Part shown: positions 35,901 through 51,100 of the stretch, piece after piece | Position numbering within the stretch: position 1 is the first letter of the stretch | Layout: every line of letters begins with the position of its first letter | DNA from: Phoronis australis | Taxonomy: Eukaryota > Animalia > Phoronida | Assembly: GCA_002633005.1 (NCBI GenBank) | Contig: NMRA01000025.1 | Location: forward strand, 193,757 to 257,756 | Direction: 5' to 3' | Length of the DNA: 64,000 nt | Made by a program: the position numbers and the translations under genes | Notes under the pieces: generated by a model | Database searches by the model: none | What the model was told of the DNA's origin: nothing | What the model saw: only the letters and a program-made list of their open reading frames with translations

Positions 35901-38900
35901 CCATTTTAATCTTGAGCACCTTAAAACACATTCCAGAAACTGGCAAAGACTTATTTTTTTCAACAAATGAAAGAGATTTGCACAATCGCTCAAGTTTCTT
36001 GCAGAGCACAAACAGTCCATGTCTATTAAGCCTAACAATTACTTTTAGAAAATCTGGAATTAATAATGCCTTTGCCACCCAACTAACACATCACAGTCAG
36101 CGAAGACGCATCATACAGTCAGCAAAGACGGCCAGTTAGTGGAGCACAAAAAAGTAATTAAAACAAAGCCAGTGATGTCATTAACATCAAGATAAAATCA
36201 AACTAAACCAAACAAATACCATGGCTAACTGGGTTATATTAGGAATAAACTCAGAACACCTGTTCACACAAACTGGCTAAATCACTGGCATTTTGCAAGC
36301 ACCTTTGCCAACAGCTGGCAGTTTGAGTTACCCCAAAACTGATGGCGTTTTTGCCAACAAACTTGTAGCAAGACCACTATAGACACGGGCAGGGGAAGGA
36401 GGCTTATGTTTATTGTGGCATTAGTCGATTGAACATACGACCATTACCTTATGTGGTTTGGGAGGTGAGGAAACAAACTACATAACTGAAGGTGAAAATG
36501 ACCCCTTCGAGGTGAGCACATCTGAAATTTTTCCCTGCATAACTGCTAGCAAAGTTCACCACTGGTTCCAATGCTGTATACAAGAGGCCCTATCTTCTCC
36601 ACTAGTGACACCAAGGCAAACAACAGTTGGGAGGTGGAGACAACCATTAGCAGATGATAAATTGATCAGTCTTAACAAAAGCTGTCAGCCTCTCTCTGAT
36701 TAATGGCTCAAGTGAAAGCTTAGAGAGTACACAAACCTAACACAGACCCAATAACTCATGATGGCATTGTGAATATTGTGAATGACTGTTGCAAAAATCA
36801 TGACAACAAAGATGCTTGTGTCAATGAACCGCAAAGAAATAACCCTATCATCTACATACACATAAGGACTTCAGGAAGAGAAAGAAAATTAGCTGTAATT
36901 GACATGTTGTGGTTTTCCAAGCCTGGCAATAGTTTGACACTGGCTGACATATCCACAAAGCCTCAAAAACAAATTTATAAACAGTACAAATTTGCACAAC
37001 ATAACCAGGCTTCTTATGTTTAGTCCCGTCCACTGAAAAATTTTCATTCCCACTTCCAAGAAGCACAGCGACACAAACTAACAATTTCCCATAGCCAATT
37101 TAACAAATATCAAAAAATCATATAGCAGAGCCACAGTCCAACCAAAACTTGTATTGATAACAGTAATGAGAGCTGATCACCACACAAATTAGGCAGATAT
37201 AAAAACAGTGTCACTCACAGACTGAGCAGGGTATTGTTGTCAGCCATTAACTGGGGATGATGTTCTATGAGGGGATCAGGTTGTAGCTCAGGGCAATAAC
37301 ACACACCATACCTGAGTCACCTGGCACTGGGAGGGTCAACTGACAAAGAGCGCGAGCCATATTGAAAGACTAAGACACAAGAAGCAAGATTCTGAAGTTT
37401 CATACTGATATAACGAACACTAGTTATGGGACATATTTGCAGAAATACAACTTAAAAACTAATATGTGTCTAAACATTTATGAAACATACACAGGTAAGA
37501 TCTCCAGAGGGTGTCTACTCCAATATCAAAGGCTCTAAGAGTGGTGTATTGGAAACACACCAGTGTTGGTCATTACATTCTGAGAGAATGACTACACAAC
37601 CACTATCTGGTATTCACTGCTTTCACACTGACATTTAGAGCAAATGGACCAGGACTGGCTACTCAATAGAAAGCCACCAAACAACTCTTGACATTATCTG
37701 ATCTGACTTGTTGGCAGATGCTCTCCAGAATGACACCCCAGTTAATTAGGTAACCAGTTCATTCAAGTTTACAGACACCAAATGACAACTGGGTTGGTAT
37801 CCATGGAAAGCAGAACAGGACACACAGCAGTCAAGATTTTGACTCGTACAGAATGATTAAACTACAAACCAAAAAAGCTTTATGCTAAAAGTTCACGAAA
37901 TTAAGACAAAAGTAATTGCCAAAATTGCTCATACTGTGTCCTAACATTGGTCTGATGTTTATTATACCCAGATTTATCCAGTTCGCTTTCTTGAAATCAA
38001 CAAAGCAGCTAGAACCAGCCTCAAACGTGCACAAAAAATTACAGGCAAACAATACTAATGCTTCGCATTTACCATAAGTGCAGTCAGTGAGGTTGGAATT
38101 TCACTATGACAAGCAGGTTGCTGCCCTCAAATGGTAAAACCAGAACACTGGTATTATTGTCTCACTCCAAAGAGCCATCTACTTCAGGCACTCTTGACAG
38201 CAAGACTTCAACCACAAGATTAAACAGGGGATCACGGTAGACTGGAGCCTTTGAAAGCAAGCTGTGATCAGCACCAAGTATTCCAGGAAATATAAGGAAG
38301 GGACTGTATCCCCTAATACAAGGCCTGAGGACATCATTCACAAAGCACCAAGATTATGACTCCAACAGTGCTTAGGATGTAGGAAGACAAAAGCGCACTT
38401 CACCTATCAATAGAATATGAAACATGTAAACTCTAGAAAACTATAAGAAGCTTTGTCATCCTAAAATAATTTCTGCCTAAGGCATTTTATTACCTCTCAC
38501 AGGTAGACAGCCAAGTAGTCCACTTGAGAGAAAATTAGTCAATTACTGGAGAATCTCATTGTGTTGGGCACATCAAGACCAACCCTTGACAATTAGGCAG
38601 GGGGGGGAGGGGAGGGTGGGAATTGCCTTACATGTTGTGCAGTGCACAGAAAGGGGGCATCACTACAGGTAATATAAAGCCAGCAGGAGGTGGGGGGCAT
38701 AGGTATGAAAAATCATGTAACAGCTTACTTCATGCCAAAAATAAAAAAGTCTACGCCATCTGAAAATAGCATTTACGCAATGTTTGATAAGCAATGTTAT
38801 TTATAGTATAGAAACTTAAAACTTAAGCAGCTGAACACGACTTTGTGCTAAAATGCACTAATCTCCCAGTTTAGTCTTCCATTCCTATATCTTAATTTGG

Positions 38901-41900
38901 ATTTAAGTCATGGCTGAACAGGAAATGGCAACTTTTCACAACCAGGAAAGTGGACAAAACTCAGTCTCATAACCATTTCATTAGCAGCTATGCGAAATGC
39001 CAAAAGAATGATAAAAAACAACTTTAAGACACAACGACCAGCTAGACACCACAGTTAGCAAATGCAAGTGTAAACCCAAGTCAATCCAATCTGCCCACCT
39101 TACAGGTAATCAGTTTTTTGCACGATTTGATTTCACAAGAGAACTTTCAAAGATTTCTCCCTCCAAAAAAGTTCATTGTAATTCGCAATAGTATTTCAAA
39201 AACAAATTGGAAAGTAAAAGAAAAAAATTAAGGAATCTTGGTTTCTTAACACTAATATGAAATTAATTACCGTAAATATATTTTCCTTAAAGTCAGGGAG
39301 TGCCAACTGAACAGATCATATAGACTACAAAGTTGAAAGGCATGTTAGTAACCAAACATCGCCAACTGCCAGTGTGGGAATTTAACGAAATGCAGCCATT
39401 GGGATGCCAAAGTGTCCCAATTAACAGTAATTAAGTTATTGTGAATCCTGTTCTAATGTAAGCATACTTTACCCCACCACTGGTGAAACACTCTTTTGAC
39501 GCCACAATAATCCAAGTCACCCCTTTCACCTCATATTTACAACAGCATGAGATATCTCATATTCAAATAGAGTGGTGACTAAGCAATGTTCAGACCTTAT
39601 TAACACAGCGAGGTGTGAATTACTCTAGAATTAATAACTCAGGCTTTGCCTTGATACTTTCCACAGTGCAACAGTGATTGTGTGCGAATTAAGGTGAGGC
39701 TGGAAATTCCCACCAAGTAAGTAGCCTCTTGAGAAATAAGTGAGGGACTTCACATTATTTTTATAAACTACTTAGCATGTGAGAAATGTAGTGAGTGCTA
39801 AGGGTAATCTTACTACACAGAGTTCTTGCTAACCATAGTGAACATTCATCTGTGGTCACTATTAACTCTAGTTACTTCATCAATAGGCCTTTAAATATTA
39901 ATATGATCATTTAATTTGTATTAGCTGCAACATAACCACTAAATCACATCAGTTCACACTTCAACGCTGCCATGGCCGCTGACAATGCCCATATTAGTGA
40001 CAAATTACTAGTTAATTATTGTCTGCATAAAACAGACATGTCCCTCATAGATTAGTGTCGTGTCAACCCTGCAAGTGATAAATAGTGTAGCATGAATAAT
40101 ATGCATTTGAACCACAAGTTACTTCATTGTGGTTCTTTAAATAAACTTGGAAAAAAAACAGCTCGACACTCATTAGTTAATTACCAGAACATAATTAGTT
40201 ACAGAGATGAATGACTCAGAAGTCTCCAGCTTCCAGTAAACAGAAACGAGACAGTGAAGAAAGTGTTTACGACATTTAGAAAATCTTTCAGGTGCTCAAC
40301 AGAAAATGACCAAGCTTCAACATGAAAGACTGCACAACGGTGCCGACAATAGTGAACTGTTTTTCTCCAAAACACTTTATTAGACCCACATACAAAAAAG
40401 AAACAGAGCCGACAAATTTCTAGTTGTTATACATGTCCAATACTAAAGCGACTATAAACACATGTTCTACCAAAGAAGCCACTTGGTCTCAACTTGGTTC
40501 CTTCCTCAAAAAAGATGAGAAGTGGTTTCTAGGTTTGCAAAGAAGTTTGTTATTCCTCGAAACCGTGCTCTGCTCGCTACAACAAGCTAACTCACAGGGC
40601 ATGATCTCAACCGATAACCAAGCATCTTTATTTCATAGACCTAAACTCACTTCCAATCAGACTACGAACAATAGGGGGAGTCAAGTGATAAGGTCCTCTT
40701 TTCCAAATTGGTCAAAAATAAAGAAATTTTCCAAAAGATGATGGGGCACAAGTTTTGAAATGATTCGGTCAGAGACCAGAACCATTTACAGTTTTTCTTT
40801 TGTTTAATTGTTGGTTGTATTTCTATGCGCATGGACAAAAACTGGGCCAAGTCAAGATCAGAACAGCTGAAACCAGACACAGTGGCAAAACCAGAAAACA
40901 ACTGGTGCTTCTGATATGTTGTACGTAATTGGATCTTGGCGATATTTCAACTGTTGGTTGTTTCATCAGGTTTAAATGATGTGAAAAATCAAAAATAAAA
41001 CGCTAAATTTTATCTTTCGACATCATTCTTATGACTTCAAAATGCACACGCTAGCAGCGAGCCCACCTTCTCCAACTATAACATACGATTTATATACTTG
41101 TGGAAAGAGTAGTAACTATAAACAGACCTAAAGGTATGTTTGTGCCTAAAAATAATAACCTTTTTGAAGATTTGCAGTCAGTGTGAAAGCTTTATTCTTT
41201 TCAAAAGTGTAAGAACTTGTTACCTTAAAAGAATCAAAAGACAAAAACGGGATCCTAGTTTACTGGCGAAGACCAGGTTGCAAAATGTGGCCTCAGATTG
41301 CCAGTGACACCTTCAGCTGGAATCTCACTCGCCAAATGCAATCTTAAGGACCAATTTTTTGATCACCTACTATGTTTTCCAACCAATACACAATTTGAAC
41401 TACTCCCTCAAATTTGGGCATCGAAACAATTACTTTTTTACATTTTTGTAGAAAAGGTCAGTGTGCGATCAAATGCAAACATAAACATTTGGACCAATCC
41501 GAATCGAGAAAAAATCAGATTCTTTATTATTGGCTAGTGATAGTCCAGATATTACAGAGTCATCAAAAACTATATATGGTAATGAGTGAACAAGTTAATG
41601 ACTTTACAAGAAACAAAATAATTATGGTTGCAGGCATGAAATTCCATCGACCATTTTACTGTTCGCAAGGATATTACTGAACCTTTTTAGGGACTTTGAA
41701 TGGTTGGAAGCGTCAGAAAATGATTAAAACACATTTACTACAATACTTGAACTTTATTACCATCTTCTGAAGAATTCAATAATGGGGGAATTTTTGTCCA
41801 AAAGTCCCAATTTCGGCTCTTCAAGATCCATTTTAAGTTGACTATCAAGCGCTGCCTTGGCAAAAAAACACATGTAAACAATTTGTGGAACTAAACAAAA

Positions 41901-41917
41901 ACTTTGTGATCTCAGAT

Positions 41918-42001
41918 TATACCCAGCTCACTAGTTATGACTTCCTATACCCAGCTCACTAGTTATGACTTCCTATACCCAGCTCACTAGTTATGACTTC
42001 C
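41918..42001. repeat. 28-bp unit TATACCCAGCTCACTAGTTATGACTTCC, 3 perfect copies
   Basis: Copies start at 41918, 41946 and 41974. Confidence 0.97.
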
Positions 42002-42011
42002 ATGTCATCAG

Positions 42012-42151
42012 CAGTGGCAGATTTAAGGGAGGGGGGGTCATGGAAAATTCTTCCAGATTCCATTTGGCAGTTCGGGGGTGCGAATGTACGTCTGGCAAAA
42101 TCGTGGCAAATACTCTGCCCCCCCCAATTCAAAATCCTGGATCCGCCCCTG
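42012..42151. mobile_element. Small TIR element (CAGGGGCGGATCC family)
   Basis: CAGTGGCAGATTTAAG...AAAATCCTGGATCCGCCCCTG. The right end is the exact reverse complement of 16183-16203. No clear TSD. Confidence 0.7.
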
Positions 42152-45100
42152 GTCGAATGCTGTTACCTAAGGAATTTTTCCCTTCATTGTCAAATACGTA
42201 AATCTGGCACTCCAAACAAAACTTTTCTCAACAGCAAACTTAACACTCCATAAGAACATAGCTTAAGGTTATGAAGGAACCAAGAAAACTTGTCCAAATT
42301 TGACTAACTGTAGAATATCATAACACAGAAATGGCGGATTGGTATCATAGGAAACTTTATGGAACTATACTTTATGCACTATTCTCCAAAACAGTGCTGT
42401 TAGGAATTGTATTTAAAATATTCCACATTTACATGAGGGACTATAAAAGAAAGGAATGTTATGTAAAAGCTTAAAAATGTATAAAACAAAATAATTTTGA
42501 AACTTTAACAGCATTTTTAAGATTTTATCTTGAACATTTTTATCAAATTAAATTTCCTTATGTTACGGATATTGTTGTGCTGCTAACAATATACTTTTCT
42601 TTTTTGCTATATTTTACTACAAGACATGGCATATTGGTAAGCCAAAAATCAAATTCTACACGCTTTCAACTTTTTGAAACTTTACTTTTACAGCATTGAA
42701 ATCCATAGTTTAAATTTATTTGGCTAAAGACTCAGACTTGTCGAGGAAGTCCTACACAACCTAGTTGTCTAAGGAAAATACTTTTCTTACATCATTAATT
42801 GAAAAGGTTAGCTTCAATGTATACTCTTTTGTCTTACCACAAAGCACCCAATTACTCCCATAACACCTTATAAACCTATATAGGACAATTATACCGTACT
42901 TAACCCCAATTCAGTACCACGATTACCATGGCAAATGTCAGCCAAACAGAGACAAAAGCTCAGATTCATCTGCATAAGTAGCACTGCATTTTTATCAAAT
43001 TTGTTTTTTTGCCCTTATAAGTTCGAAAGAGGCAAAATTGTCCCATCTTCTCCAAATTACGTTTTTTACGTACAATGAGAGAGATCACCAGACTATGCTG
43101 TACATCCAGAACATTGTCTACAATACAAAGTAAGGTATATGCTTTACCTACAAAACAACAGCGGGTGAAATCTACTATTAAATTTAAAAGACTCATTTGG
43201 GAATTTGAAACATTCCAGCCAAAGTGAGACCCAGCATAAAGTCAGAGGAGAATTTAGTGAAAATCTGGCATACATCAGACCACAGCCAGGACTAGCTAAT
43301 ATTTCACTTTAAATCAGAATGCTGTCTCATAGGGTAAACAGAGTATCAAATCTCCAAATGAATGACTTATATACAAAAGAAAGTTTTCTTTTGAGAGATT
43401 GACCTCTCATCAACCAGTCTAATGCATGGCAAGGATAACTTCAGTCTAACCAGTGAGCAGAGGAGAACGAATTTCAACATCAGTGACATACTGCAATGTC
43501 AAAACTTCTGACAGTAGCACGTGTTTTGGCCTACAGCAAGAGACACAACAGGTAAAAGGTAGCGTTAATTTTGCTGAACACAAAATACTTACAACTTTCA
43601 GGCTTTTATTTTAGTAAATCAGCTTTCTGAATGACAATAAATTCCCGTTAAGATAATCACATTCTTCCATCAATGTCTTTTCAAAATTATAGGCCTACAG
43701 ATAACGAGTCCTCCTAAACAGTAAGGTGAGCTTGTAATAACCCGAAGGGCCAAATCCTTGGATTAAATACCACAACGAGCCAATAGAAACCGTTTCACGT
43801 CGACAGATTTTTTCTCAAATGCAAGTAAAATTAGAGAACGCGTACGCGAATTGAACACAAGCCAAGCTGATCCGATCCAACGTATAAATAAAAGACAATC
43901 GAACAAAAGCTCCATAAATTCTATTTTCAAACAGAGCACCACAATCGCTTTCCGCTTGACAGGGATGCCACAACAATAACTTCGCCATTCATTGATAAGT
44001 AGTTAAACTAACTTTTCTATTTAATTCCACAGTTCAGCCGTGAAATAAGCTACCAAATAAGCTGACCCACCAGCTAAATGTACGCACCAGGATAGAACGG
44101 TTCCTAAAATGAAACTTGAATTGAGCGCCCTGACCAAACGCCAGATTGACAGTGACATTCCCGGCACAGACAGAGGCAGTGCCCGATAGAAAGTGAACTA
44201 AACTTCATTTCTACTGACAATAATGACTTACACAATTTCAGATGATTTCAATTAGAGATAACATCTCCACATTGCATAATTTATCAACTACAGAAAATGC
44301 TTACCCGCAGGGTTCAGACACACATCCTCAACAATGCATTGTCTACGAGTTACTGACAAAACTCGGACCAAAATATACATTGAAAAATGGAACAGCTTAT
44401 ACTTAGGGGTGTCCAGGATAGTATAGAAAAAAGTGTTGGAACACGCACGCAAAATTTAAGGATTCGATGTTCCACTAAATTCACACATATCTTGCAATCA
44501 ACAGAAACAAATACCACGGAGCTCAAGATTAGAAGTAGGAGAGAAAGTAATTAAAAAAGCATGCAAAACATCGTACTATTACCGTGAAAAAAATGGAGTC
44601 GTCCAACTTGTTAACAGTCCGCCTTGCGCTTTTTGTCGGCTTTTTGGAGAAATACATGAAAGGATACAGGATCAGTCGCCGAAAACAATGAAAGTTTACA
44701 AAGGAATACTTTGCTTCAATTCATCACCAGAATGGAAATAGTGATTTTGTGGCCTTGGGGATGGGCTGCTTGCAAAGGCCTGCAAATAATTTAATAGGTG
44801 CTTACATTAAGTGTTGCAACTCAGTTGTATGCTCCTAACAACAACTAATTCATTCTGTGAAATAATGAAAAATATGAACACAACTTGGACAACTTCTCTG
44901 CGCCCATTAATCTTCCCATGTGGAAACTGTGAACCCATCTCCAATAATAACAAAATCGTGACTGCTTGTTTCTCCTTTAGCAAAATATTGTCCAGAGCCC
45001 TGGACCATGTATGTAAATCCCTGAGGGCAATATTTGTTTATCATGACAGATATACAGTGGGGCAGAGCTGGATCCTATCTAAACAAATTTGATTAGTGGG

Positions 45101-48100
45101 AAATTGCATAACCTATTTCAAATCAAAACTAAAAACAGACAGTTTCCCATTGACAGACAATCCCCGCAGAGTTATGCCTGGGTAATTTTAAAGCAAATTC
45201 AAATAAAGAGTTTGTTTATAAAAAGCACATAAAACATACACTTTCCTGTCTTGAAGGCGGTGGTACAAACACCAAAATGAAAAATAAATATTTGAAAAAC
45301 AGAAAAATCATTATTTGCAAACAAATTAACCGCAATAATGTGACTTGGGACTAAAGGTGGGGTTTTCAGGAAGATGCCATGGATGCAAAAATGTGGAAAT
45401 TATTCATCATCCTGGATCACTTGTCTGACTGCATTAGGCTGAAATGTATTATTAGATAACTTTCCAAATTAAGGAATGGCTTCTCTTGGAAGGGAATCAT
45501 TTAGGCGCAATGAACTAATGACACAGTCATAGAACATTTTATGGTGGAGTGCACACTAATTTATCTCCAGACTTCAAACAAAATACAGGGTAAAATCTGT
45601 ATGCAAACAAGACTTAAAATCCTACCTGTTCCACAGGGCATCGCACTGTCACAAGGAATCTAATAATTACCACATAACTTAACAAGACTTGCAATAAATA
45701 TAAAAAATTGTAAGATGAGCAGGCCAATTAATTAGTCAACCACACAGTCAATAAGTTGCTCAAAATACCTACCCATAAATGAAGCACATACAATGATGGA
45801 TCAAGGATATCACAATCCTCTCAGAGAAGCCAACCACAGTTTTGAAAGGAAAATTTTTGAAGTGCCCCTAAAATGGCATGCGAGGGTTTTCGGCCGTGTC
45901 CACCAAAATCTATCTATGATACGTATGCATATGGAAGATGACAAATAATGGTAAAATTTAACATTTCCGGGGATTTTCAAAAAAGCCTTGTTGCTTGGCT
46001 AATATCAGCAAATATTTTATATTCAAGACTTGAATCAGTATTGTATGCCATGACCAAATAAACAGTAATACCTGCGGCTGCAATTAGTTAATTTGTGTAT
46101 AGGAAACAAATAACATACAGATACAATTACAAGCATACAACACAATTACAGGACATGTCAGTCAAACACTAAGTATTCAGCAGGAAATGTTGAGAAATTA
46201 CAGATGAGAAATGATGTCAGGTCCATGAATTGGTATATTTCAGGCAAATGCAAACCATTGGGAATTTCTTTTGCTGAGTACAAACGTAGTGAGTAGTCCT
46301 TCAGCGCAAAGGAAGGCGCCCATGGAAAGCAGTAAAAACTGATGGGGCTACTCTCATAGTAAATATTTCAATTTGAATTCTGTTACCATTGCTTGCTTAC
46401 TAACATCATTGTATGTCACCTTTCGGCTACTTTCATTCTACATACAAACAAAATACATTATAAATACCATAATTTGTTGAGTCGTTGCAGAAATTTGATT
46501 ACATAAAAAATATAAATCAAGGTTATGGAAGACCTTATCAAGTCTGCATACTTAGTCAAATATACGCAGAATGGTAAATAATAACTCTGTAAAAGTAAAA
46601 AGTTTCTAAAAATATAATTTTATTTTTGACAGTATACTAATATGGTAACAAGACCATGTCTTTTCATTAAAATTTACCAAAAAAGGAATTTGTTTGTAGC
46701 AAAACAATCGTAACAATAACATGTTGCAGTCAAAGTTAAAAATGTCATTTTGTTTTCATCTGAAAAAAACTCTTGATTGTTTTTTCATAAAAATCATTAG
46801 TCACTTATTTTGATAGCCTCCCATGCAAAAGTGGAACATCTTAAAAACAATTCTGAACAGTGTGTGGCACAAAACATAGTACCCTTAAATTTCATAAGAA
46901 TCTGAACAGTCATTTCCGATATATGATGTGCCAAAGTTGGCCAAATTTGTACATTTTTTCTAGATTTCTACATAACTGTTTAACTTTATAGCTATGTTCT
47001 TGGCAAAATTTCACAGAAGAATCCCAGTTTTAAAGTGACTGTGTTTAGATGCAAAACATCCCTCAAGACAAGCTCCTAAATGATTGGTCATTATCAAAGA
47101 ACCTAGACTAGTCTGAAACTTTTGTCTCCGGTGAATAAAAACAAGTCTGAATGAATGCATGCCTCTCTGATCTAAAGAGTAAAACCTGCAGCCACAAGAA
47201 CAAACAGTAACATTCCCAGTAAAATCGCGTGAGAATTGTGCCTAACTATCTCACAAACATTAGACACAAGCCAATTATTTCCATTAGGAAAAGACTGTAT
47301 GTTTGCAGAAACCCCAGGCAGTCTATTTGCAGCAAAACATCAAAACAGTTCCTTAAGAACATCTAAAACACAACGTTTATGAAGTTTTTTGTTTCATGGA
47401 TATAAACAGCTTGGGTACTTTTAGTTAGATTTAAGATTTCCGATCATTTTAAGGGGTAAATGTGAAAATTAATAGCCACTTATGAATTAATGGAAACTAA
47501 AGAATCTCCACTGAGATATTATCTCAAAATGAATCACAGCTTTAAGCAGATTTGTCACTTGAGAAAGGCTTCGTTGATGGCAAAATCATTAAATTGATTT
47601 AGTCTTTAAAAGGCTTAAAACAGAGGGAATGTAGAATAAATAACGAAACCTCTTTAAACAGTAATAACAAACAATCAAAATGGAATTCTCCCCAAAATTC
47701 ATTTAGAAAAATGTTAAAACTGCAAAGTTGTCCTGTTTAGCTGGTTAAAAACGAAAATCAAATTAGGCTGGAATCCTAACATGGTAAGAAATATTATGAA
47801 GCTGATTTAAGGAAAATAAAAAGCTTAATTCAGATTTTCGTTTTTAGCCAAATAAAAAGGGCGAAATGCAGCTTTAAGGTTATGTTGGATATTATTAACA
47901 AGTCTGCATATTTAGCTAAGTATCTACAAATCTCCGTAAATAAACTTGCAGGGAAATTCCCGCTTCCCTTACCATCTGGTACAACATCTAGCCAGAACAG
48001 TATCTACTGGTGACTCATGACCCTGTGCACACATAATAAACCAGGTAAACTTTCACATCCCAATCGACACCAAGTTGCCTAAATCCAGCTTTGAATTAGG

Positions 48101-51100
48101 GGTCTTTATTTTATCTTTAAATTCACTCATGCACTCTGGCATAGGGCGAAGAACATGCCTATCAGTTTTGCTACACTAGATGTCTCCTTCTCCAACACCA
48201 CCAAAGCTTTCACTATGGGCGAACTTGTAGAAGATATTACACCAACAGATTATCAATATTCTGAGGATATCGAGCAAATTTTCAAGTCTGGTCAGCATGC
48301 CACCTGTGGCCACATCGCTGACCTAATAAATATTAGTCTGGCACACTGACTAGACTTGGAAATGTTTGCAATATACATTTCCACGTTGATTTAAGATTAA
48401 CATATTTATTCTGAGGATGCTTTATATATCCAAATGGTATGGCAATGCTCCGTACTCGACCATGTAGTACGGTAGGTAGGTAGGTTTGTAAGTTCCGATA
48501 AGATGATGTTGCAGAAGCACTTCTTGTTCAAGTGACAGAATCTCCCCAGAATCTATCAGCACCTAGGACTGTTTGGGGAAGTGTCAGCTCATAGAAGATA
48601 ATTTTGGGTGGACCACCTGCAAGAAATTTGTATGATTTTAAAAGCGTTTTTACAACTGATATTAAAAAGAGACAACACCAAAATGCCAACTTTTGCAATA
48701 ACTGCAAGTTTGGAGTGATGAGAGGGCAGTTTGCCAGCAGGAAAGCCATCCTCATGGTAGCGGGGAAAAGCCCACTGACTTGCCACATTAAGAGCGAGGT
48801 ATGTTGATAGATCTTTTCCAGACCAAAATTTGATCTATTCTCTATTAACTTCTTTGTAATGTTCTGGATATCTCATCTCTTATTCTCTCGGATTCGTAAT
48901 TGAAAACTCCCAGAATCTACAGCAACCAAGATGTTCAATTGATATAAGAATAGTATTGCCTATGCTGTCACACTTGGGTCTTGGGTAAAAAACGTCGCCA
49001 TAATATCAGTTGTGCATCTAGGTACAGGATCTGGATGACAACAATTCGAGTAGGCAAAGTCCTGGGGAAGATGACAGCTATTAATCTTTACTATACAGGT
49101 TTATGTTTTCACTGGATGGGGGTTTGCGCCACTGCATTTTAACGTGAAGCTGGAGGAGCCTCTAAAAAGCTTGAATAGATCCCAAGTTTCACAGTGCATT
49201 CAGGCTACTTGGTGTCGCTTCTGATGCAACTCCTCCTGCAAAAAAGAACTGAAGGAGTTCACCTGCTTTATTCATGATCAGCCTAAGTAATTAGCATGCC
49301 AAGATGTTGCACAATATGGCAGGGGAAGATCTGACTGAGTCTAAAGGCCCTTTCATACTAATGTAGACTCGTTGATGTTTTGGAGAGTTGTGCTCAGTAT
49401 ATGAACAGTTCACTTTGGTCCTGGATCGAGGTTAACAGTGCCAATAACTCCACAGTAAACAGGTGGATTTAACAGTGAAGCATCGACACTGCGATGCAGT
49501 ATGAACCGTAAACTCTGGTCACATCGAAGTTATCGTCAGGGGCCACTCAGGTATCATAAACAATTAAAGGGAAGTAACGTCGCTAATAGTTGCTTACATT
49601 TTGCACAAATAATCACCAATCAAATTAAAAATAATTTTATGTCAATTAGCGCAAGGAAGTGTTCTCAAATTCTCACTTAAAAAATTTGGCAAGTACCGAA
49701 TGAATCAGCGCTACCTTGTGATTACTCCGACGACAACAGTGTCACCTATTGTTTACTTCGATGCCTTTAACTACCTGGTATGAACGATTCAACGAACTTC
49801 GCAGTTTACGTCGACACTCTGCTCATACCGGAGTTAAAGGGCCCTCATGCTCGTCTTTCCCCCATACCTGTCTACACCAACGCCATAGGCATTCAATGAG
49901 AAAATCACTGTGTTGTTTTATACAGGCATGCTGGTGAACCACTCCACTGACATACTGGCACATTAAAGTCATGCAACCAAAGCCTTATGACAAAGGAAAT
50001 AGTGGATGTGAGATCACAGACTACTGTTAGATCCAGTCTGTTTATATTGTGCAACCCTATCAAACTCAGTGATTGATCTCATCATCACTGATGTTTGTTA
50101 AATGGACATTGATCTCATGGTCACTGGTGTTTATGAAGTGAACCAAACTCAGGAAAATGACCAATTGTCAGGCAAAAGTTTCACAGGAGATGAAAGCTAT
50201 TGCAGTGAATCAGATATAACTTATGTTGCCATCTCGAAAAATCACCTGGTGACTACTCATGTCACTGCAATCTTTAGTAAGTGCTTCTTCGTGTTTGTTT
50301 TTATTGGCTTCTTTACACTTTACCTGATCTCGGATTAATGCTAGTGTGCAGTTTAATATGCTACAGAAACAAGACAATACTTTGGAAATGGTTTTGTCGC
50401 AAATGCTTAACCCTCGAAACACACGCCTGGTATAGACATGCACTTATTCTTTTTATGAAATAGTGAGATACTGCAAAACAACAAAAACTCGGAAATGGTG
50501 GCACTAATTTGCAGCCGGGATATTTTTTTCAGCTCCTTAACGCTGAATTTTATTTTCTGCACCAATTTCCTTCACAAGAACGCAACTTAGAAGTTCAGTG
50601 GGTTCACGGCGGGGGAGGAGTTGGGGCTGGGTTGGGCTATTTTCTGATTCCACTAATGCTTTTCTTCATTCAACTCCTTTTTAACTCTCTTGATCAAAGC
50701 TTGCTATCCCCAGAACATGGATACATGGATTCACAATCTTTGCAGTGGAATCTAGGTTGATAAATGTAAAAACAATGGACTTTATAATTAAATCTTATCT
50801 TCACAAAACCAATGTTTGGCCTCAGTGAGGTAGGTAAAACGGGCTTATCAGGTTAAGTTGTCACTGTCACGGCAGAGGATTTACAGATTCGTGGTGGTAG
50901 AGTGACAACCCCCCCTGGAGCCTGACATTGGTTGTTTCAAGGATTTAGGTTATTTCACTGATCTACACTCAGTGTTATTATTTTCTTAACAGGAGAAAAC
51001 TCTGCAAGCACAATTTTTGTTTTTTACCTCCCAACATTATAGACTTCTATAAGCTGAGCAGTCCCAATTGTATGTTTTGACATGAAATTTTGATCAATAA

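Noticed and set aside
48150-49850. Short ORFs and a weak GGCCCTTT/AAAGGGCC inverted pair (49345-49845)
   Set aside because: Possibly decayed TE sequence, but the match is too short and no protein motif was recognised.
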